Source of the DNA: an uncultured Dehalococcoidales bacterium
GTDB taxonomy: Bacteria > Chloroflexota > Dehalococcoidia > Dehalococcoidales > UBA2162
Assembly: GCA_964606525.1 (NCBI GenBank)
Contig: CAZSHH010000004.1
Span: 1,558-65,557 of the forward strand
DNA length: 64,000 bases
Direction of reading: 5' to 3'
Shown here one piece after another: positions 57,914-64,000 of this stretch (positions are counted from its first letter, which is position 1; each line of letters begins with the position of its first letter). The notes under the pieces are model-generated. The model saw nothing but the letters and a program-made list of their open reading frames with translations. It did no database searches and was not told the origin of the DNA. A program made the position numbers and the translations under genes.

Positions 57914-58066
57914 ACACTAATATTAAACAGAGAAACGCGCTCCGCGTCAAGCGAACCGTCACCACTACTCATATTTTGGTAACACGAAACATACTATCAG
58001 CCTGTCCTTGAGTTCCGTACTCAAAGACAGGCTGATTCATAATTACACAAGATAAAGTACGGTATC

Positions 58067-58552
58067 TTATTTCTTCGCTTTCTTGGCCGGCTTGGCTGCC
58101 GGTTTGGCCGCGGCGGCTTCAGTAGCGGCCTTGGCGGCTGCTAATTCGGTCGGGGTGCCGTATTCCTTGGTCGCCGAAATCTCCAGGAAGACGAAGGGTT
58201 TGGTAATTTTGGTTACTTTCAACGGGCAGTGCTTCATCCCCGGCGGGATGGAAACGATGGCGGCGCTGGTGATGACATGTTCTTCCAACTCGTCACCCAG
58301 GCAGATATGGACCTCCGCTCCCAGGTCATTGATATGTTCCGGGTCCCCGCCGATGAAGCACAGCAGTTCATGGAAGTCATGCGAATGGGTCATCGGAGCT
58401 TCATAGTAGTCATTGATGCAGTGATAACCCAGCGTGGTGCCGTTCTTATATTCATCGTGGTGCGCCCAGATCGATAAACCGGTTGTCCCCGGTTCGGCAT
58501 TGAGATAGAAAGGCCCCCGGGTAACCTGTCGCCAATATTTTTTTTGTTCCAT
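58067..58552 (-). CDS. cupin-like protein with Ala/Lys-rich C-terminal tail
   Basis: 161-aa ORF. His-rich cupin-like core (HSHDFHELLCFIGG...) followed by AAAKAATEAAAAKPAAKPAKKAKK. Confidence 0.6.
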   Translation of the reverse strand: MEQKKYWRQVTRGPFYLNAEPGTTGLSIWAHHDEYKNGTTLGYHCINDYYEAPMTHSHDFHELLCFIGGDPEHINDLGAEVHICLGDELEEHVITSAAIVSIPPGMKHCPLKVTKITKPFVFLEISATKEYGTPTELAAAKAATEAAAAKPAAKPAKKAKK

Positions 58553-58802
58553 TACAAGAATCCTCCCTCAATAGTATTAGTTATTGTTATAACATGCGCT
58601 GAAGAAACGGCCTTATTCTATCACACCTGAAAAAAGAGGAACAATGTGCATCATTCCCTGGATTGATCCCTGATAATGTTCCTGTATGTTCAGAACAGCT
58701 TGAAAACAAAAATCCTACGGTAATCCTGCTTAAATTATAAGATTTCCCGTATAAGCTGTTATACTCCTGTCTGTTATTTTATTAGCTAAAGACCTCAAAA
58801 AA

Positions 58803-59432
58803 ATGTTGTTATTAAGTCATACTGGAATCACTCTGGCCGTTGCGGCGATTATCTCAAACATATTACCTGTGTCTAAACAAACTGACATTCCGGCACACCC
58901 GGGGGATATCAATTCCCACGCTGCGGTATCCGGGGCTACTCATCTGACTTTTTTTGATCGTTTAGCACATTATGTGGATATGCGGTTGATATTTGTGGGA
59001 TCCATGCTTCCTGACATTATCGATAAACCCCTGGGGCATTTGATATTCAAGGACCAGCTGAGTAATGGACGTCTCATGTGCCACTCATTACTTTTTTTCA
59101 TCCTATTAAGCCTGTCGGGTATTTTCCTGTGGCGTAAGTCGAATAAAAGATGGCTGATGGCTGTATCCTTTGGTGTCATTTTACACCTGGTCCTCGACCA
59201 AATGTGGTTAAACCCAGGAACATTGTTCTGGCCTGCTTTGGGTTTCCCTTTTGAGAAGATCGACATCGAAAATTGGATGCCGATTATGTTACATAATATG
59301 GTTACAGATCCTGCACTTTATGTTCCCGAACTGACCGGGCTCTTTTTCCTGTTATGGTTTGTTTGGGTGATCTTTAGAAAAAAGTCGGCCTGGTTTTTTA
59401 TCAAGTCCGGAGCAATTCGAAAAGACCGCTGA
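58803..59432 (+). CDS. membrane protein, possibly DUF457/YdjM-type metal-dependent hydrolase
   Basis: 209-aa ORF with multiple TM helices and conserved-looking His/Asp positions (SHTG, DIIDKPLGH, HLVLDQ). Assignment from memory. Confidence 0.5.
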   Translation: MLLLSHTGITLAVAAIISNILPVSKQTDIPAHPGDINSHAAVSGATHLTFFDRLAHYVDMRLIFVGSMLPDIIDKPLGHLIFKDQLSNGRLMCHSLLFFILLSLSGIFLWRKSNKRWLMAVSFGVILHLVLDQMWLNPGTLFWPALGFPFEKIDIENWMPIMLHNMVTDPALYVPELTGLFFLLWFVWVIFRKKSAWFFIKSGAIRKDR

Positions 59433-59454
59433 AATTATACGTTGTTACCCGAAA

Positions 59455-59739
59455 CTACATTACGTAACGGCGGGAGTCTGCCGGTTCTAAACATTTTTCC
59501 GGCAATTCCAATATAATCCCGATCTTGGTAATAAAGACTTCATAACACCTTGGTTGTTCTTTACAACATTCACTGTTCGGTGAGAATACGTCATCCGTAT
59601 TAGCGATATATCCGATCTTTTCGTTATATGTCAAAAATTGAGATGGAATTGAATTGTTGATTTCATCATCACAACTGGGTACGACGACCTTAACCCTCTG
59701 TCCGATCGTAAAGCGGGGAACTTGCTGTTCACTGATCAT
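59455..59739 (-). CDS. hypothetical protein
   Basis: 94-aa ORF. SD GGAGGGAACC lies upstream of the ATG. No family recognised. Confidence 0.4.
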   Translation of the reverse strand: MISEQQVPRFTIGQRVKVVVPSCDDEINNSIPSQFLTYNEKIGYIANTDDVFSPNSECCKEQPRCYEVFITKIGIILELPEKCLEPADSRRYVM

Positions 59740-60074
59740 TATGGTTCCCTCCTGATTGTATGCACTACCGTAAACCTATTGGAGGATCCTCTAATACGAC
59801 AGTACCAGCCTGCTTCATCGTCGTCAAGATTAATTAAATTACCTTAAGTTACCTTATATTCTTAACTTTTAGTACTAATAGGTCAGGACTATCGTCACCA
59901 CGATCGAAAAAACCAGGCGGGCACAAAAAGATAGATTTCCCCCCGTACCGATGGACTGGTGCTCAGCATATCCTGAATTGAGTTTTTGCCGATTCGGATA
60001 CTTACTGAAAAGGTAGTATAATCACTGCGGCCGGATAAAAAAAGCAGCAGAATCCTGCATTAAGGGAGGACCGT

Positions 60075-62003
60075 ATGACCAAGTGGCATGATCTAGTGGA
60101 AAAAGACGGCACAGTACCTTCGTGGCCGTACCCGATACGCTACGACCAGGAACAGGAAACTGAAACCGATGTATTAATTATCGGCGGAGGCATTGCCGGT
60201 TGTTGGGCCGCCATCAGCGCTGCCCGGACCGGTGTTAAGGTCACCCTGGTGGAAAAAGGCGACACCATCAGGAGCGGCGCCGGCGGGCCCGGTTGCGACC
60301 ACTGGTGCAACGTGCCGGCGAATCCTCATTCGAAAGTCGATCCTGATGATTGGGCCAGGCAGATCACAGAACGGCCAGGAGTTATGGGGCCGCTGGCCGC
60401 CCCGGTAAAAATATCCTACGCCAACGGCATCGGGAATCAAATCCAATGCCGCGAGGACTACGATACCTTGCTCGAGATGGAGCAAATGGGAGGCAAGATC
60501 AGAGATTCGCAGGACGAATATGTCGGTGCCGAAGGCCGGTACAACGATACCAAATTTATGCTCTCGCCGCGTTACAGCCCGAACCATGCTACCGAGGTCG
60601 TAATCCGTATCTGGGGCACGACTTTCAAACCAGCTTTGAAGCGTGAATGCAAGCGGTTGGGGGTGAAAATATTCGACCGCGTCATGGTTACCAGCCTGCT
60701 GACCGAGGGCGGCATCCAGGGCAACAAAGTGATTGGTGCCACCGGTTTCAACAACCGCACCGGGGAATTCATGGTCTTTAAGTCGAAAGCGGCGGTACTG
60801 TCGACCGCCGGCAATTATTCCCTGTGGCAACTTAATACCGAACTTGCCGGGCATAATACTTTCCGTTCCCGTACCATGACCGGCGACGGCATGGCGATGG
60901 CCTGGAAAGCAGGTGCGGAACTCACACTGATGGAACGCAGCGGCATCTTGATGCTGGGGACAGGTTATAAACATACCTGGTACGGCGGCGCCGGCGATGC
61001 CAGCTATGAAAATATTCAGCTTGTCGATGCCAATGGCAAGAAATTACCCTGGCCGACCCAGGGGTGGCCGGATGGCGGCGCCATGGGACCGCCGCCGGAT
61101 GTCCGCGAATCTATCCGTAAGGGGATTCAGACGGGCGAGTGGGCTCTTCCCTTTTATGGCGACTTCCCGGCCATGCCGGAAATCGAACGCCGGGCAACCT
61201 GGAAGCTCATGCTGGGCGAAGAATCCACGACTAAGATCATCACCGATACTTACGAGCGGGCGGGCTTCGACCCTGCCAAACACCTGCTCCAGAATTATAC
61301 TTTCATCGAAGGTACCAGTCCCCCCCACTGGCGGATCGTCAGCGGCAGCGGCCCCATCGTCGACTGGGACCTCAAATCCACCCTTGATGGGCTATATATC
61401 GCCGGGGAGCAGATGTTCTCTCACGGCGACCACAGCTATGCTGCCTCGACCGGCAGGTATGCCGGAAGAAAAGCTGCTGAACACGCCCGGCAGACCGGAG
61501 AATGCGCTGTTTCCCGTGACCAGGTAGCCCTGGAAAAAGCCCGCGTTTACGCCCCGATAAAACGGTCCGACGGTATTGATTGGAAAGAGTTGAATGCCGG
61601 CATCTCCCGGACCATGCAGTCTTTTTGCAGTGAATTTAAGACCGCATCCCTGTTGCAGATGGGACTTGATTCCCTGCAGGAAATAGAGGAAGTATTTGTC
61701 CCCAGGCTCTACGCCCTCGATCCGCACAAACTGATGCGCAGTATCGAAGACCTCAGCCTGCTGACTCACGGACAGATCATTTTGAATGCGTCCCTGGCCC
61801 GCAAAGCCAGCAGCCAGCTGCTCAACTTCTTCCGCATCGACTATCCCGAAGTGGACCCGCCGGAGTGGAATAAATTTGTGACCGTCAAAATGGAGAATAA
61901 CAAGGTCAAGGCTGGGGCATATCCGCTTAACTATTGGGGCGATATGAAAAAGAATTACGAAGCCCATAATAAAGACTATACCGGGGTCTACAATTACAAA
62001 TAA
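60075..62003 (+). CDS. FAD-dependent oxidoreductase, adenylylsulfate reductase alpha (AprA)/fumarate reductase flavoprotein-like
   Basis: 642-aa ORF. Dinucleotide fold DVLIIGGGIAGC. Overall collinearity with AprA, including the C-terminal ...R.DYPE.D..EW.KFV... segment. SD AAGGGAGGA. Confidence 0.78.
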   Translation: MTKWHDLVEKDGTVPSWPYPIRYDQEQETETDVLIIGGGIAGCWAAISAARTGVKVTLVEKGDTIRSGAGGPGCDHWCNVPANPHSKVDPDDWARQITERPGVMGPLAAPVKISYANGIGNQIQCREDYDTLLEMEQMGGKIRDSQDEYVGAEGRYNDTKFMLSPRYSPNHATEVVIRIWGTTFKPALKRECKRLGVKIFDRVMVTSLLTEGGIQGNKVIGATGFNNRTGEFMVFKSKAAVLSTAGNYSLWQLNTELAGHNTFRSRTMTGDGMAMAWKAGAELTLMERSGILMLGTGYKHTWYGGAGDASYENIQLVDANGKKLPWPTQGWPDGGAMGPPPDVRESIRKGIQTGEWALPFYGDFPAMPEIERRATWKLMLGEESTTKIITDTYERAGFDPAKHLLQNYTFIEGTSPPHWRIVSGSGPIVDWDLKSTLDGLYIAGEQMFSHGDHSYAASTGRYAGRKAAEHARQTGECAVSRDQVALEKARVYAPIKRSDGIDWKELNAGISRTMQSFCSEFKTASLLQMGLDSLQEIEEVFVPRLYALDPHKLMRSIEDLSLLTHGQIILNASLARKASSQLLNFFRIDYPEVDPPEWNKFVTVKMENNKVKAGAYPLNYWGDMKKNYEAHNKDYTGVYNYK

Positions 62004-62013
62004 GGAGATTACG

Positions 62014-62316
62014 ATGACTGAGAAAAAGGTATATATGCTGCCGAATATTACCACTCCCTCAACGCCGGTAGTCTTTAATGATAAAGTCTGTAACGGATGC
62101 AACCACTGCGTTGAAGTATGCCAGGTCGATGTTTACCTCCCGAACCCGCAAAAAGGCAAGCCGCCGGTGATACTACATCCCGATGAGTGCTGGTACTGCG
62201 GCTGCTGTGTTAATGACTGCCCTCGTCCCGGGGCTATCTCGTTCAACTGGCCGCTTCAGCAAAGGGGATACTGGAAGGATAAGGCCACCGGTAAGGTTTT
62301 AAAAGATAATTATTAG
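62014..62316 (+). CDS. 2x[4Fe-4S] ferredoxin, AprB-like
   Basis: 100-aa ORF with CNGCNHCVEVC and CWYCGCCVNDCP clusters. Starts 10 nt after the flavoprotein gene. Confidence 0.8.
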   Translation: MTEKKVYMLPNITTPSTPVVFNDKVCNGCNHCVEVCQVDVYLPNPQKGKPPVILHPDECWYCGCCVNDCPRPGAISFNWPLQQRGYWKDKATGKVLKDNY

Positions 62317-62392
62317 TTTACATTTTCCGGGTCAGGCATCGTCCTTGTCCCGGCATATCGGTGTTCCCCATCAAGTAAAAATGGACTGAGAA

Positions 62393-62433
62393 AAAGATAA
62401 GAGGCGGGTTCGCTGCCCTGCCTCTTATCTTTT
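62393..62433 (+). terminator. intrinsic terminator after the ferredoxin gene
   Basis: AAAGATAAGAGGCGGG-ttcgctg-CCCTGCCTCTTATCTTTT. Confidence 0.8.
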
Positions 62434-62449
62434 GTGTAATATTATAGTT

Positions 62450-64000
62450 GTGGAAATAGAAAATAGAAACCGCTTAGCCGCCGAGGCCAGCCCTTATCTC
62501 CAGCAGCATGCCCGGAATCCGGTTGCCTGGTATCCCTGGAGCGAGGAAGCTTTTACACGGGCACAAAACCAAGACAAGCCCATCTTTCTCTCCATCGGAT
62601 ATTCAACCTGTCACTGGTGCCATGTCATGGCACATGAATCATTTGAAGACCTGGTGGTAGCTGCTTTGCTGAATGATGCCTTTGTCTCAGTCAAAGTAGA
62701 CCGTGAAGAACGTCCCGACATCGATATGCAGTATATGAAGGTATGCCAGATGATCACCGGCAACGGGGGATGGCCACTGACGATCATCATGACTCCGCAA
62801 AAACAACCTTTTTTTGCCGCAACTTATATCCCCAGGGAGGCCTCATTCGGACGCAACGGTTTGGTGGACCTGATACCCCGTATCAAACAATTATGGCAAA
62901 CTCGCCGCAGCGAACTGTTGGCTTCTGCGCAACAAATAACAGATACCATCCGAGAAAACACGACGTTTTCCGGTGAAGAACTAGCCATGGCCGATCTGCA
63001 CCAGGGATATCAAGAGTTGAAAACAGCTTATGATCCGAAGTGGGGGGGCTTCAGCATCGCACCTAAATTCCCTTCACCCCATAATCTACTGTTCCTGTTA
63101 AGATACTGGCGGCGGACACAAGAACAAGATGCCCTCGACATGGTGAAAAATACGCTTAATTGCCTAGCCCGGGGTGGGATTTACGATCACGTCGGCCATG
63201 GATTCCACCGTTATGCCACTGACAGGCAGTGGCTGGTACCTCACTTTGAAAAAATGTTGTACGACCAGGCACTATTGATCATGGCTTTTACTGAAGCATA
63301 CCAGGCTACACATGATGACCATTATGCGCTTGCTGCCCGGCAGACGATTGCGTATATCCTGCGTGATATGACTCATCCGGGAGGCGGCTTCTATACCGCC
63401 GAGGACGCCGATAGTGACGGTGAAGAGGGTAAATTTTACCTTTGGACGCTTAATGAAATCAAGGATATTTTAACCGGGGATGAAGCAAGCTTGTTTATCG
63501 AGTTCTTTGATATCCGCGAAACCGGGAATTTCCAAAACGACTTCGCTGAAGGGACACGAGGATTGAACATACCTCATCTATCCCGTACTCTTGAAGAAGC
63601 CGCCGCCGCGAAAAATTTACCGGTGGATTTCGTTAGAAATACTCTGGAAGAGGCACGCCAAAAATTATTCGTTCAGCGGGAAAAGCGTAATCACCCATTT
63701 AAAGATGACAAGATTTTGACTGACTGGAACGGCTTGATGATTGGCGCCCTGGCACAGGCGGCCAGGATGCTGAATACCCCGGCTTTTTTGGCTCCAGCCA
63801 GGCAAGCGGCTGACTTTATTCTGGAGCATATGACTGGCCCCGGTGGCAGCCTGCTGCATTCTTACCGTGCCGGCCAGGCATCTGTAACCGGCAATCTTGA
63901 TGATTATGCTTTCCTGGTTTTTGGCTTGATCGAGTTATACGAAGCAACTTATGAAACAGTTTATCTGAAACAGGCACTCAAGCTAAACGAATATATGTCC
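62450..64000 (+). CDS. thioredoxin-domain protein YyaL/DUF255 family (partial, continues past window end)
   Basis: GTG at 62450. The frame is open to base 64000 (517 codons). [29 protein letters not shown] and an N-acylglucosamine-epimerase-like (alpha/alpha)6 region. Absent from the ORF track because there is no stop codon in the window. Confidence 0.85.
   Translation, partial: MEIENRNRLAAEASPYLQQHARNPVAWYPWSEEAFTRAQNQDKPIFLSIGYSTCHWCHVMAHESFEDLVVAALLNDAFVSVKVDREERPDIDMQYMKVCQMITGNGGWPLTIIMTPQKQPFFAATYIPREASFGRNGLVDLIPRIKQLWQTRRSELLASAQQITDTIRENTTFSGEELAMADLHQGYQELKTAYDPKWGGFSIAPKFPSPHNLLFLLRYWRRTQEQDALDMVKNTLNCLARGGIYDHVGHGFHRYATDRQWLVPHFEKMLYDQALLIMAFTEAYQATHDDHYALAARQTIAYILRDMTHPGGGFYTAEDADSDGEEGKFYLWTLNEIKDILTGDEASLFIEFFDIRETGNFQNDFAEGTRGLNIPHLSRTLEEAAAAKNLPVDFVRNTLEEARQKLFVQREKRNHPFKDDKILTDWNGLMIGALAQAARMLNTPAFLAPARQAADFILEHMTGPGGSLLHSYRAGQASVTGNLDDYAFLVFGLIELYEATYETVYLKQALKLNEYMS

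Noticed and set aside
57702-57965. 87-aa minus-strand ORF
   Set aside because: It overlaps the tRNA-Gly gene (57839-57913) on the same strand. The tRNA is unambiguous, so the ORF is spurious.
1-64000. CRISPR arrays, rRNA genes, IS elements or transposases, toxin-antitoxin pairs, and recognisable phage-defence systems
   Set aside because: I saw no regularly spaced direct repeats, no rRNA-like sequence, no transposase-like ORFs and no gene pairs with defence-system signatures. The only sizeable repeat is the tandem selenoprotein gene duplication.

Overview
64-kb bacterial chromosomal segment of roughly 50% GC with about 60 protein genes and one tRNA. No rRNA, CRISPR array or IS/transposon was recognised. 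My guess from gene content is an anaerobic Chloroflexota or Dehalococcoidia-like organism, because archaeal-type genes (NrpR, DUF211, PAC2) sit among typical bacterial housekeeping genes. I cannot verify this without a search.

Gene content in order:
- argG-argH-rpe, then rpmB
- DAK2/DegV/recG
- a dnaJ-hspR-unknown-clpC heat-shock operon
- an NMT1-type ABC transporter
- a nitrogen block: nadE, glnA, DUF211, hisH-hisF, and nrpR plus a second hisF
- PAC2, a ChlI-like AAA+ ATPase, XRE, DUF2851, tsaD, proS
- the classical thrS-infC-rpmI-rplT-pheST cluster
- etfBA, tetR, an isochorismatase-family hydrolase, then two unusual tandem genes
- DUF2812/padR, an EF-G2 paralogue, xerC/D, mutS
- an ECF sigma / anti-sigma / DUF4349-PKD module
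- tRNA-Gly, a cupin, an AprA-like flavoprotein with ferredoxin, and a partial yyaL

Main finding: at 42724-46450 there are two tandem paralogous 585-codon genes. Each is split in the ORF track by an in-frame TGA at codon 94. The protein sequence is conserved across the supposed gap, and a SECIS-like hairpin follows each TGA. I interpret them as a probably undescribed selenoprotein pair. The Sec region recalls GrdB/PrdB, and it is fused to a ~480-aa domain I cannot assign.

Other points worth a second look:
- a euryarchaeal-type NrpR repressor co-transcribed with a second hisF next to glnA
- a pheM-like attenuator upstream of pheS
- a 48-bp perfect palindrome at the padR promoter
- a membrane coiled-coil gene inserted between pheS and pheT
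- an AprAB-like pair

All family calls are from reading the translations and from memory. No database search was run.
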